64,000 nucleotides of DNA from Thermodesulfobacteriota bacterium. Its GTDB lineage: Bacteria > Desulfobacterota_D > UBA1144 > Nemesobacterales > UBA2774. The translations under genes and the position numbers were made by a program. The DNA lies in contig OZ244197.1 in assembly GCA_965216785.1 (NCBI GenBank), positions 2,624,001-2,688,000 on the forward strand, given 5' to 3'. The notes beneath the pieces are model-generated. The model was not told the origin of the DNA. It saw only the letters and a program-made list of their open reading frames with translations, and ran no database searches. This document shows positions 9,593-19,800 of this stretch, in pieces; position 1 is the stretch's first letter; each line of letters starts with the position of its first letter.

Positions 9593-10939
9593 TTATTGAT
9601 CTTGTGCGCTCTCTTTTCCAAACTCTGTGCGAGCTTCATCAATTTTAAGAATCACGTTGTCCTTTATCCACTTATTGTCCCACCACTCAATCGGTCTCAC
9701 GGCAACGCCGTTTACATACACCCCATAGTGAAGGTGATCTCCGGCGGCAAGCCCGGTCTCACCGGTTTTACCTATTATATCGTTTTTCTTCAGCCGGTCT
9801 CCCACGTTCACGTCAATTGTGCTCATGTGCCCGTATAATGTAGAAACTCCCATACCGTGGTCTATTATCACCGTATTCCCGTAAATGCCCAGATCGCCCG
9901 CGTATACGACTACGCCGTTATTTGCGGCCTCAATCGGGTAGCGCTTGGTTACAGCCAGGTCATAGCCCAAATGATACTGATTATCTATCGGCTCACCGTT
10001 ATAAATGTAAGTTCTGTGATCCGCGAAATTGGCCTCTACTTTTGAGTTTGAAAGCTGCGTAAACGGCCCTTCCCACATAAGCTCACCTTTGGAATCGCTC
10101 GAGACTTCATTTATCGTAGAATCATTTGCTTTCCTTAATTCGTTGTTAACTTTAAGAAATTTTTCCTTTTGAGTAAGCTCTGTGCTGCTCTCACCGGTAA
10201 GCGGTCCGATTACGTTCTGTATGAAGTTTTCGCTTATGTTTATATCGCTTTCTCTGTAATTTATATTCTTCAGGTCATACGCAAGCCCCGTACGCTTCAT
10301 GTTCCCGGCTTCGTCAACCGCTGCGACAAAGATACTCTGCCCCGGCTCAACGTCGTAGGGATAAGCAAAGAACGCAAAATGCACGTTTTCATCGGAGAGC
10401 CCGGCTTTGTAACCCGGGAAGTAGTAGTCCCCTACTAACACGCCGCTATCGGCTACGTCCGGGGACGTTCTATAGACCACAAGACCCGATCCTCCATGGT
10501 TTATGTACTGCTCAGTACTCACTATATCGAGCTCCGGAGGCTTTAAGTCCAATATGAGTTCCTTATATAAAGTAGATTCATTGCCTGAAAATATCTTTAT
10601 TTTCGAGTGATCCTTAGCGGTTACGACAAGCTCGACCTTCCCCTCTTGAGCCCCCGCTTTTTTCGGATCCAGGACGATTTCGATATTATCCCCCTTTACT
10701 CCTGGAGGATAGTTCTTACTAAAGAGCACAGCTTCCCCACCCTCGCTATTAAGGACAACAGAGACCATTTTCAACCCTGTTCCCTCATCCCTTACCTCAA
10801 GATCAAAAGGCTCTACACCCAGATACTCAGAGTCCAAACCAAGATCTATCTCAGGTGACGTCCACTCGACGGCAGGGTAAATATAAGATAATCCTGCCAC
10901 TATCAATAAAAACAAAGCTATATATAGGTATCTTCTCAT
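9593..10939 (-). CDS. M23 family metallopeptidase, membrane-anchored
   Basis: HLGYDLA, YGNTVIIDHG, LYGHMS, GDHLHY. Confidence 0.9.
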   Translation of the reverse strand: MRRYLYIALFLLIVAGLSYIYPAVEWTSPEIDLGLDSEYLGVEPFDLEVRDEGTGLKMVSVVLNSEGGEAVLFSKNYPPGVKGDNIEIVLDPKKAGAQEGKVELVVTAKDHSKIKIFSGNESTLYKELILDLKPPELDIVSTEQYINHGGSGLVVYRTSPDVADSGVLVGDYYFPGYKAGLSDENVHFAFFAYPYDVEPGQSIFVAAVDEAGNMKRTGLAYDLKNINYRESDINISENFIQNVIGPLTGESSTELTQKEKFLKVNNELRKANDSTINEVSSDSKGELMWEGPFTQLSNSKVEANFADHRTYIYNGEPIDNQYHLGYDLAVTKRYPIEAANNGVVVYAGDLGIYGNTVIIDHGMGVSTLYGHMSTIDVNVGDRLKKNDIIGKTGETGLAAGDHLHYGVYVNGVAVRPIEWWDNKWIKDNVILKIDEARTEFGKESAQDQ

Positions 10940-10984
10940 AACTCTTGCACTCAGTCTCCGTGTTTATGTTTTCCCAAAACCAAT

Positions 10985-11269
10985 CTAGAAATATCGACTA
11001 ATCTCTTTCTCATAGTCGGCGAAATACCTTGGTATAACACTTATGTTAAAGCTGCTCAATATAGATTCCTTAGGCTCACGTTCGAGCAGATATATAAAAG
11101 ACACTTCGACCAACCGTGGCGCCACAATCTTACCTTCTGTAAGGGTCTCGCAATACTCTCTGTCCAGTGTAACCCGGTGCGATGTGCTCGAATCCCCCTC
11201 CACAACCTCCACATCAAAGACCATGTCCGCAGAATCAGAATCAATCTCTTTAATTTTGATTTCAGCCAT
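10985..11269 (-). CDS. conserved hypothetical protein
   Basis: AGAGG RBS; FLLEREPKESIL-type motif; co-oriented with neighbours. Confidence 0.7.
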   Translation of the reverse strand: MAEIKIKEIDSDSADMVFDVEVVEGDSSTSHRVTLDREYCETLTEGKIVAPRLVEVSFIYLLEREPKESILSSFNISVIPRYFADYEKEISRYF

Positions 11270-11353
11270 ATGTTTACACCTCTTTTGAATCTTATCGGGA
11301 ATTATTATAACCTACTCTAAATTAAGCAGAAACAACTTTTTACCAAAATTCTA

Positions 11354-11989
11354 ATGGATATTATCAAATTCGACCACGAAACACACAGTATACGCAGAGC
11401 AGCCGATCTTGTGCTCAGCGCTTATGAGCTCAGCTCACCCGATAACGACCAAACCAGAAAAACTGTTATGGGTCTGATCGAATCCGGCAATAATTTCCTC
11501 GGGCATGAGAACATGTATATATCAATCGAGAACGGTATTATCACAGGACTGATAGTATGTTACGCCGGCAAATCCGGGACTACTTTCCAGGCGCTCATCC
11601 GGCTTCTCACTGAGCTCCGCTTAAAGGAGCTTATTAACCTTATCATTCTTAACGCGGAGCTTTTACATACGGGATACACGCCTGAGCTCTGCGAAGACGA
11701 TTTTTATATCAGCCTCATCGTCGTTGATGAAAACCACAGGGGAAAGAGTCTTGGAACAAAATTGATACAAAAGGCGATAGAAATTGCTAAGGATAAAGGC
11801 TGCACTAAAGTTGTTTTAGACGTCGATTTCGACAACGGGCCCGCCAGAGCGCTCTACGAAAAATTAGGATTTACATTGAAAAATGAAAACCCGACATCAG
11901 TCAAAGGCGCTGTTCCCTCCGAAATTTTTACAATGGAGTATTCAATTGAATATAGGGATCAGGAAATTCGGCATCAGGTAAAGGCATGA
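11354..11989 (+). CDS. GNAT family N-acetyltransferase
   Basis: VDENHRGKSLGTKL and N..ARALYEKLGF. Confidence 0.88.
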   Translation: MDIIKFDHETHSIRRAADLVLSAYELSSPDNDQTRKTVMGLIESGNNFLGHENMYISIENGIITGLIVCYAGKSGTTFQALIRLLTELRLKELINLIILNAELLHTGYTPELCEDDFYISLIVVDENHRGKSLGTKLIQKAIEIAKDKGCTKVVLDVDFDNGPARALYEKLGFTLKNENPTSVKGAVPSEIFTMEYSIEYRDQEIRHQVKA

Positions 11990-11993
11990 GCGG

Positions 11994-12920
11994 ATGAGTG
12001 ATTTCAAAAACAATTTCAGCTGGTCCATTTCCCGCGACTCCCTGTTTAGGGAATGTAAAAGGAAATACTACTACAATTACTACGGCTCTTGGGGCGGCTG
12101 GGAAAGAGATAAAGCCGACAAAGTAACCCGTACTCTCTACGTACTTAAAAACCTTCAAAACATACACATGTGGAAAGGCTCCACCGTGCATTGGGAGATC
12201 GAGAGAATTCTAAAAGAGCTTACCTCTACAGGCCGATTGCCCCCGGAGAGTAAATCGACCCAGAGAGTAACCGAGCTTATGAGAGAGGAATTCAAGTCTT
12301 CCCGCGAGGCTGCGTATTGGAATAAGCAGGGCAGCATGAAAAACGAGACCGCTCTTTTCGAGCACGAATACAAAACAAATACACCCAACGAAACTTGGAA
12401 ACAAAACTACGATGATGTGATTATGTGCCTAGGGAATTTTTACAACTCCGATGTGCTGAGACGTATGGAGAAACTTCCCAAAGAAGCCGTGATTTCGATA
12501 GAAAGCATGACTGCGGCATCACTTTCGTTCACCCCCGAGATCATTTTCGTCAAGCTGGACCTTGCTCTAGAATCAGGGGATGGAATTGAGATTATCGACT
12601 GGAAAACCGGTAAAGCAAAGTCAGATGAGCTTCAGTTCAGGGTATATACACTGTTTGCAAACGAGGAATATGATCTCCCGCCCGATGAAATTATAGTAAA
12701 CGAAGTTAATCTCATGAACGACGAATCATTCAAGCATAATTTTAGCCCCAGGGAGCTAATTGAATCACAAGAGTATATAAACAAAAGCATTGGCGCTATG
12801 AAGAGCATGCTGAAAGATCCTGATGAGAATATAGCCGTCATGACCGATTTCCCCAGAACCGATAACGAAAGGATTTGCGAGTCCTGCAACTTCAAAAAAA
12901 TCTGCTTTGATCTGGATTAA
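11994..12920 (+). CDS. PD-(D/E)XK nuclease (RecB/AddB/Cas4-like) with probable 4Fe-4S ligands
   Basis: WSIS..F.ECKRKYY, GSTVH, KLDL, IIDWKTGK, Q...Y, CESCNFKKIC. Confidence 0.88.
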   Translation: MSDFKNNFSWSISRDSLFRECKRKYYYNYYGSWGGWERDKADKVTRTLYVLKNLQNIHMWKGSTVHWEIERILKELTSTGRLPPESKSTQRVTELMREEFKSSREAAYWNKQGSMKNETALFEHEYKTNTPNETWKQNYDDVIMCLGNFYNSDVLRRMEKLPKEAVISIESMTAASLSFTPEIIFVKLDLALESGDGIEIIDWKTGKAKSDELQFRVYTLFANEEYDLPPDEIIVNEVNLMNDESFKHNFSPRELIESQEYINKSIGAMKSMLKDPDENIAVMTDFPRTDNERICESCNFKKICFDLD

Positions 12921-13027
12921 CTTCAATACCATAATATCCGGCAATTAATTAAACGATCTGCTTTACACTGTGATTTCTGTCATATTACGAATAATGATAT
13001 TATATTTAAGCATAGGGAAAAGATCAC

Positions 13028-14371
13028 ATGTCTGAGCTAGTAAAGAAAATAAACTATTTTTTCACAAACCAACTGTGGTCCATAGATACGAACGCGCTCA
13101 ACAGAACCCGTTCGTTCTTCGTCAATCTGATCAGGCTGCTTTACGTAACCGTCCGTGAATTCATGGAAAACGAGCTCACGCTAAGAGCCATGAGCTTGGT
13201 ATATACCACACTCCTATCACTCGTTCCCCTTCTGGCATTCTGCATTTCACTGCTAAAAGCGTTCGGGGTTGTGGATAATAAGCTCGAGCCTTTTTTATTG
13301 AGTTTTTTAGAGCCTCTTGGCCCCAAGGGTGTTGAAGTATCCAATCAAATACTTGAGTTCATAGGGCGTATAAACTTCGGCGTACTCGGGTTTATCGGGC
13401 TTCTGCTTTTAATATACACTTCAGTATCGGTTATAAATAAGATCGAGGATTCTCTGAATATAATTTGGAAGGTCAAGAAAGGAAGGGGCCTGGCCAGAAG
13501 GTTCAGTGATTATCTTACAATTCTTTTAGTCGGACCGGTACTTATGGTAGCGGCACTCGGCGTGATGGCTACGCTCGAGAGCAATACGGTAGTTACAAAA
13601 ATTTTATCCATAGAACCCCTTGGCACCATAGTCCTATTCGCATGGCAGTTGATACCCTACCTTTTCGTAGTCCTTGTTTTTAGCTTTATTTATATACTGA
13701 TTCCCAATACGAAAGTTAATGTAAAATCAGCACTCCTTGGAGGCGCGATAGCCGGCTTGGTGTGGCATATAGCAAGCTGGGGCTTTACTATCTCGGTCGC
13801 GTCTTCGACCAAGTACGCCGCGATCTACTCGAGCCTGGCGCTTCTTATCATATTTATGATCTGGCTGTACTTAAACTGGCTCATCCTGCTTGCGGGGGCG
13901 CAGATCGCCTTTTGCTATCAGAACCTCAAATTCCTAACGGTCAAAAAAGAGGTGTTCAACCTAAGTACCAAACTGAAAGAGAAACTATCATTAGTTGTGA
14001 TGTTCCTGATCGGACACAGCTTTTATCACGGTGAGGAGCGCTGGACACTCCATTCACTCACCGAGCATCTAAAGCTTCCCCAGGATCCTGTGGAGGAAGC
14101 GGTCAAGGAGCTTGAAGAGAATAAGCTCATTATAGAGACAGGAGACGAGACCCCCTACCTAATCCCGTCAAGATCATTAGAGAACATTAAATTAAAAGAC
14201 ATACTCTGCTCAACAAGATCGGGGTATCATACGGACGAGCTTGAGAATAAGTACCTTTCCATTCCCGAGGTAGACTCGGTTTCTACCGAGGTGGAGAAGG
14301 CAATAGACCATGCGTTAGGCGAGAAATCATTAAGGGACCTAGTGACAATAAAGCCATCTAATAAGAATTGA
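13028..14371 (+). CDS. YihY/BrkB family membrane protein with C-terminal Rrf2-like HTH
   Basis: RAMSLVYTTLLSLVP, IEDSLN.IW, IPNTKV, YAAIYSSLA..WLY..W..LL.GA. Confidence 0.88.
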   Translation: MSELVKKINYFFTNQLWSIDTNALNRTRSFFVNLIRLLYVTVREFMENELTLRAMSLVYTTLLSLVPLLAFCISLLKAFGVVDNKLEPFLLSFLEPLGPKGVEVSNQILEFIGRINFGVLGFIGLLLLIYTSVSVINKIEDSLNIIWKVKKGRGLARRFSDYLTILLVGPVLMVAALGVMATLESNTVVTKILSIEPLGTIVLFAWQLIPYLFVVLVFSFIYILIPNTKVNVKSALLGGAIAGLVWHIASWGFTISVASSTKYAAIYSSLALLIIFMIWLYLNWLILLAGAQIAFCYQNLKFLTVKKEVFNLSTKLKEKLSLVVMFLIGHSFYHGEERWTLHSLTEHLKLPQDPVEEAVKELEENKLIIETGDETPYLIPSRSLENIKLKDILCSTRSGYHTDELENKYLSIPEVDSVSTEVEKAIDHALGEKSLRDLVTIKPSNKN

Positions 14372-14471
14372 TTTACCCTAAAATGCGGCCCAACATCCTT
14401 CTCTACGTTATGTACCGTAACAGCTTCTTTACTAGGATGTTCAAATTTCTCTCTGTAGGTATTGTTTAAAG

Positions 14472-15080
14472 CTAATTTTTAATACATTGCCTAATGCCTT
14501 CCGAAGCTAAACATTTACCAAACAACCCAGATCCTGAAGAGACTAAAAATAGAAATGATGTACTAGTATCAATAGTTAAATTTACGCCTAAGATGCTTAT
14601 ACCTCCAACTATATATACAGTTCCTTTAAGATATTTTAAGTATGATGAATCAACTTTCCCATCAGTTGATAACGCACAAACCGTTCCTGTAATATCCTTA
14701 AGTCTATTTTCAATATCATCATAACCATGAAAATCGTCACTTAATATAGTAGTTGTGATATTTTTAGCATCTTGGAACAAATAATTGACCATTTTAGGAT
14801 CCATACCTGCTTCCAACATAAGTCCTTTTTCAAAACGTATAAAAGTAGAGAGAAAATCTCCCATTGCAATTCTACTTCTTTTAATCTCGCCTTGAAAATC
14901 TTTTACAAGGTTATTCTTTAGATGTTCTTTAAGGATCTGATCATTTAGAATATTGTTTAAAGCGGCACATCCAATCGAAAAAAATTGTCTGAGTGATTCT
15001 GGATCGATATCACCTTTCTCTAAATACTTCAGAGAACCAATCATCGAGTTTGATGCTTCAATTAAATATCTAGCTGACAT
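14472..15080 (-). CDS. hypothetical protein, AT-rich orphan
   Basis: 202-aa ORF with AAGGA RBS and hydrophobic C-terminus; no recognised motif. Confidence 0.6.
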   Translation of the reverse strand: MSARYLIEASNSMIGSLKYLEKGDIDPESLRQFFSIGCAALNNILNDQILKEHLKNNLVKDFQGEIKRSRIAMGDFLSTFIRFEKGLMLEAGMDPKMVNYLFQDAKNITTTILSDDFHGYDDIENRLKDITGTVCALSTDGKVDSSYLKYLKGTVYIVGGISILGVNLTIDTSTSFLFLVSSGSGLFGKCLASEGIRQCIKN

Positions 15081-15194
15081 AGGATATTTCCTTTAAATAT
15101 TTTTATAATAACTAGTTATCGATATCTTATTATAGTCGCTAATTGCTGTCAAGCTTTAACCCTTATAATTGTATTGAAGAATGTGGGTATCACC

Positions 15195-16010
15195 CTAATT
15201 ACACCTAAGCTTCCCGTTATCATTCCAGAGACCGTTTTTACAGTTTTTAAACCTTATGCTCGTATGCTTCCATTTTCCGTTCTTATTCCTGCACTCGGCC
15301 TCCAGCACATTACCTTCTTTATAGATGTTCTTACAGCTGTCCTTATAGCTTCCCGGAGGGAGTTTTCCACTACCTCCGCCAGCGCTGCCGCATACCAGTT
15401 TGCCGTTATCGTTTGAAATATTCTTATTGCATTTTTTATAGTTAATACTCGTGTTCTTCCACTTCCCGTTTCTATTCTCGCATTTAGAGTAGAGTCTGCC
15501 TCCCTCGGTGTAGGAGTCTTTGCACGAGTTTTTGTAGCTTCCTTTGGGCAGCTTTGATCCGTTTTTCTTGCTGCAGCTAAGCTCTCCGTTATCGTTCCAT
15601 ATATCTCTGTTGCAGTTTTTATAGTTAATACTTGTCTGCTTCCATTTGCCGTTTCTGTTCTCACAGCTCGCTTTTAGCTTTTTCCCCTGTACCTTAATAT
15701 CTCTACAGCTATTTTTATAACTCCCCGCCGGAGGCTTCGGAGCTGGTTTCTGTTTACATTTGAGCGCCCCGTTTTCGTTCCGGATATCCCCTTCGCAGAA
15801 CTCTATATTTATCTTCGTACTTGTCCATTGACCTTTTTCATTTTCACAGTTCGCGATTAAAAAATCACCTGCAACGTGTAGATCCTTGCATGTTTTTTTA
15901 TAGCTTCCTTCCGGTATCTTCGACTGTGCCGCCGCAAAAACGCCCGATAGCGCGGTCAGCGCAAGCACGACTGAAAAAACACGGATAAATTGAAGTAGAT
16001 ATAAATTCAT
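15195..16010 (-). CDS. secreted protein with four cyanovirin-N-homology (CVNH)-like repeats
   Basis: Signal peptide then 4x P.GSYK.SC......L.A.C.N.NG.W..T.I....C...I.N.NG.L.C; start moved to ATG 16010 behind AGGGGG. Confidence 0.85.
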   Translation of the reverse strand: MNLYLLQFIRVFSVVLALTALSGVFAAAQSKIPEGSYKKTCKDLHVAGDFLIANCENEKGQWTSTKINIEFCEGDIRNENGALKCKQKPAPKPPAGSYKNSCRDIKVQGKKLKASCENRNGKWKQTSINYKNCNRDIWNDNGELSCSKKNGSKLPKGSYKNSCKDSYTEGGRLYSKCENRNGKWKNTSINYKKCNKNISNDNGKLVCGSAGGGSGKLPPGSYKDSCKNIYKEGNVLEAECRNKNGKWKHTSIRFKNCKNGLWNDNGKLRCN

Positions 16011-16205
16011 AATAGTATTTCCCCCTAAATTTTCTTTCCAGAATACTAAAACATTCACACTCACCTTGTCAATCTGTTTTATGGAAGTTTACTCATTATA
16101 CTATTGCAGTAATATATAGATAAAATTAAGACCCCTACGCATTGTTTTTGAATAAGCCGGTGTAGTGTATAATTTGATTTCTTCATCCCTACAGGAGAGA
16201 AGCTA

Positions 16206-18620
16206 ATGTACGGTATCACCATTAAATATTTCTTAACATTATCAGCGGCTTTTCTCTTTATACTACAAATCACGGCACCGTCGCTCGCGGCGAATATAGG
16301 AATAGTATTCGACGGCCCGTCTAATCTGAATAAAAGTACGCTGGATGCCTATAAAAAAGAGATTATAGACCTTACCGAAGGCGAGTTTGATATATCTTTT
16401 CCTGAAAAGGATATCCTAGTATCGGATTGGACTGCTTCTGGTGTTAGAAGCTCCATAGACAAGCTTCTTAGAGACTCTAGCGTCGATATAGTTATCACTC
16501 TCGGCATTATTGGATCAACCGAAATCTCGCGGAGAAATAACCTTCCCAAACCTGTCATCGCCCCCTGGATTATAGACACCAACCTTTTGGGTATAGAGAC
16601 TACTCAAGACGGCACCAGCGGCATTAGAAACCTTTATTTTCTTGACACACCCGCGACACTAGACAGAGACATAAGCGCGTTTAAAGAAATTGTGGGATTC
16701 CAAAAATTGGCTCTCCTTTACATGCCGATTGTAACCGACCTTGTGCCCGAGATTGAAGGCTATGTCATCGATGTAGCCAGAGCAAACGAGATAGAGATTT
16801 TCTTGCTGCCCGAAAGGGAATCTGTGGAAAGCACTCTTTCGGCCATCCCGCCCGACATTGAGGCTGTGATAGTAACACCGCTTCTTAATTATACGGACGT
16901 TGAGATTGCCAAGCTCTACGACGGGCTCATCGAGAGAGGACTGCCGAGTTTCTCGATGATCGGCCTGAGGGAAGTAGAGCAAGGCGCCCTTATCGGTCTC
17001 ACCCCTGTGCTCGACATCACGAGACAAGCAAGAAGAGTCGCGCTCGCCGTGCAGAGCATACTCCTGGGCGAGGACCCGGGGGATCTACCGGTTGAGTTCA
17101 AAGAGCAAGAAAAACTGACGATTAACATGTCCACGGCAAGAGCTATTAACTTTTACCCGAGATGGAGTGTAATGACCGACGCCGATCTCATAAACGATGT
17201 TTCCGAGGATACGGGACGCGCCCTCACTCTCGAGCAAGCCGTCGATGAATCCGTAAAAGTTAATCTAGACATCCTAGCAGCCGATCAGTTCGTTGCCGCA
17301 GGTGCAGAGAACGTAAGGCTTGCGCTCTCAGAGCTACTTCCCCAGTCAGAGATATTTCTCGATAACAACTATATAGATAAAGACCGCGCCGCGGCGAGCT
17401 TCGGCACCCAGCCCGAGCGCTCTATCAGCGGTGTTGCAAACCTGAGGCAGCTAATTTACTCTGACTCCGCCTGGTCAAACCTCACTGTGCAGAAACGCCT
17501 TCAGGACGCGAGAAAATACAGCCGCGACGAAATCAGGCTCGACATCATCGCAGCGACCTCAATTGGCTATTTGAACGTGCTAAGGGCAAAAACAATAGAA
17601 AACATACAAAAAGACAACCTCAAGCTCTCCAAATCAAACCTTGAGATCGCAGAAGTACGCCGCGATATAGGGGTCGCTAGCCCTGCGGAAGTATACCGTT
17701 GGGAGAGCGAGATATCCTCAGACAGGATCGAGGTCGTAAACGCGGAAGCACAGAGAAAGAATACAGAAATACTCCTAAACAGACTCCTTCACAGACCTCA
17801 GGGCGAGAAATTCAGCACAGTCGAAACTGGTCTTGACGACCCTACCCTGATCGTAAGCGACCCCAGACTCAACCGCTATATCAATAACCCCGGGGTTTTT
17901 GAGATATTTCTTAACTTCATGGTAAGCCAGGGTCTTGAGCAGTCACCGGAAATATCAAATCTCGAATCTCAAATCGAAGCGCAGGACAGAATACTTAAAA
18001 CTAGTAAAAGAGCATTTTGGCTCCCCACTCTCAGCGCATTCGGCGAAGTGAGACAGTTTTTCTATGAGGGTGGTGCCGGAAGCGAGGTAGAAACCGGATC
18101 AGAATTCCCCGTACAACTCTCTGAGCAGGACGACACAGAGTGGCTCGTGCAGTTTCAGGCTTCGTTCCCGCTCTTCAGAAGCGGCGGGAAAATAGCAGAT
18201 TACCGCCAGGCACGCTCAGAACTCTCACGGCTCAGGTTTGAAAAAGACTCTACAATGACAAAGGTAGAGGAAGAGATAAGAACCTCGCTCAACAACTCGG
18301 GCGCTTCATTTCCAAGCATCCGATTCGCAAACGACGCTTCAGAGGCGGCCCGCAAAAACCTCGAGCTTGTAACCGACTCCTATTCACGTGGAGCGGTTTC
18401 CATCATTGATCTCTTGGACGCGCAGAACGCGGCCCTCTCAGCAGAGCTCAACGCGGCAAACGCAGTGTATGATTTTCTCATAGACCTGATGAACGTACAG
18501 CGCGCGGTGGGTAAATTCGATTTCTTTACCACACCTGAGGAGCGTATGGAATGGTTCAGGGAGCTTGAAGAGTTCTATCTCGACACCAAGCGTCCGCAGG
18601 AAAAACCCAAGACCGAGTAG
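16206..18620 (+). CDS. ABC-type substrate-binding domain fused to TolC-family outer-membrane factor
   Basis: N-half ends IL.GE.PGDLPV...KLTINMSTARAI; C-half LTLEQAV..., YSRGAVSIIDLLDAQ. Confidence 0.85.
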   Translation: MYGITIKYFLTLSAAFLFILQITAPSLAANIGIVFDGPSNLNKSTLDAYKKEIIDLTEGEFDISFPEKDILVSDWTASGVRSSIDKLLRDSSVDIVITLGIIGSTEISRRNNLPKPVIAPWIIDTNLLGIETTQDGTSGIRNLYFLDTPATLDRDISAFKEIVGFQKLALLYMPIVTDLVPEIEGYVIDVARANEIEIFLLPERESVESTLSAIPPDIEAVIVTPLLNYTDVEIAKLYDGLIERGLPSFSMIGLREVEQGALIGLTPVLDITRQARRVALAVQSILLGEDPGDLPVEFKEQEKLTINMSTARAINFYPRWSVMTDADLINDVSEDTGRALTLEQAVDESVKVNLDILAADQFVAAGAENVRLALSELLPQSEIFLDNNYIDKDRAAASFGTQPERSISGVANLRQLIYSDSAWSNLTVQKRLQDARKYSRDEIRLDIIAATSIGYLNVLRAKTIENIQKDNLKLSKSNLEIAEVRRDIGVASPAEVYRWESEISSDRIEVVNAEAQRKNTEILLNRLLHRPQGEKFSTVETGLDDPTLIVSDPRLNRYINNPGVFEIFLNFMVSQGLEQSPEISNLESQIEAQDRILKTSKRAFWLPTLSAFGEVRQFFYEGGAGSEVETGSEFPVQLSEQDDTEWLVQFQASFPLFRSGGKIADYRQARSELSRLRFEKDSTMTKVEEEIRTSLNNSGASFPSIRFANDASEAARKNLELVTDSYSRGAVSIIDLLDAQNAALSAELNAANAVYDFLIDLMNVQRAVGKFDFFTTPEERMEWFRELEEFYLDTKRPQEKPKTE

Positions 18621-18636
18621 AGGATATAAATGTCAG

Positions 18637-19800
18637 ATGGCCAATTTAAAAAATAAAATCTCATTATCCAAAACATTACTTGCATCCCGCCCTCTCTTGG
18701 CGCTTTGCGTGTTCATTCTACTGCCCGTGTTCGGGTGCGGCGGGGGCGGAGATGAAGTTACCGAATCCATCAGGCCGGTCCGCTACCTGGAGGTCCTGTC
18801 AATCGGGGGAGGAAAGCTAAGGACTTTCACAGGGGTTGCCAAAGCCGGAGTCGAGTCAAACCTGAGCTTTAAGGTCGCGGGCACCATTCTCGATCTTCCC
18901 GTCAAACTCGGAGATAAAGTCACGGAGGGCGCACTCATAGCCGAGATCGACCCTAGCGATTACCTGATACAAAAACAGGAGGCTGAGGCCTCGCTTATAA
19001 GCTCTCAGGCACAGGCCAGAAACGCGCAATCCGACTACAGCCGCATTAGAGCGCTTTACGAGAACAATAACGCTTCCAGAGGAGAGCTCGATAATGCAAG
19101 GGCCTCTTCAGAATCCGCAGACGCACAGGTAGAGGCCGCTAAAAAGAGGCTCGAGCTTGCGGACCTTCAGCTGAGCTACACAAAGCTCACCTCTCCTGTA
19201 GACGGCGCGATAGCCGACGTATACGTTGAAGTCAACGAAAACGTGTCCACAGGTGAAAAGATCGTCACCATAACGTCGGGCTCAAATACGGAAGTTAACG
19301 TAGCTGTACCTGAGATCCTTATATCGTCTATAACAGAGGGGAGCCCGGTTGATATCAAGTTCGATGCGATTCCCGGGAAGATGTACACAGGCACCGTAGT
19401 GGAAGTTGGGGTTTCCTCAACAAGCGTTGCCACCACTTTTCCCGTAACAGTCAGGGTTAACAGTGAAAACGGCAATATTCTCCCGGGTATGGCCGCAGAG
19501 GTCATTTTCCGTTTCGAGTCCGCGGACGGTAAAAGTAAGATAATCGTCCCTTCTGTCTCCGTTGGCGAAGACAGGGAGGGGCAGTTTGTGTTTATTCTTG
19601 AGACAAATCCAAACGTTGAGGGAAACTCCCAAAACGCGGTCGCAAGGAAAAAGGCTGTTAGTATTGGCGACATATCCGCTGAGGGCATTGAAATTACAGA
19701 GGGTTTAGTAGGTGGAGAGCTCATCGTTACAGCCGGAGTAAGAAGGATAATCGACGGACAAAAGGTCAAACTGCTAGAAGCGCCTGAAACCGCTCAATGA
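18637..19800 (+). CDS. RND efflux periplasmic adaptor (MFP), lipoprotein
   Basis: VFGC lipobox, IRPVR, LSFKVAG, LSYTKLTSPVDG, ILPGM. Confidence 0.9.
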   Translation: MANLKNKISLSKTLLASRPLLALCVFILLPVFGCGGGGDEVTESIRPVRYLEVLSIGGGKLRTFTGVAKAGVESNLSFKVAGTILDLPVKLGDKVTEGALIAEIDPSDYLIQKQEAEASLISSQAQARNAQSDYSRIRALYENNNASRGELDNARASSESADAQVEAAKKRLELADLQLSYTKLTSPVDGAIADVYVEVNENVSTGEKIVTITSGSNTEVNVAVPEILISSITEGSPVDIKFDAIPGKMYTGTVVEVGVSSTSVATTFPVTVRVNSENGNILPGMAAEVIFRFESADGKSKIIVPSVSVGEDREGQFVFILETNPNVEGNSQNAVARKKAVSIGDISAEGIEITEGLVGGELIVTAGVRRIIDGQKVKLLEAPETAQ

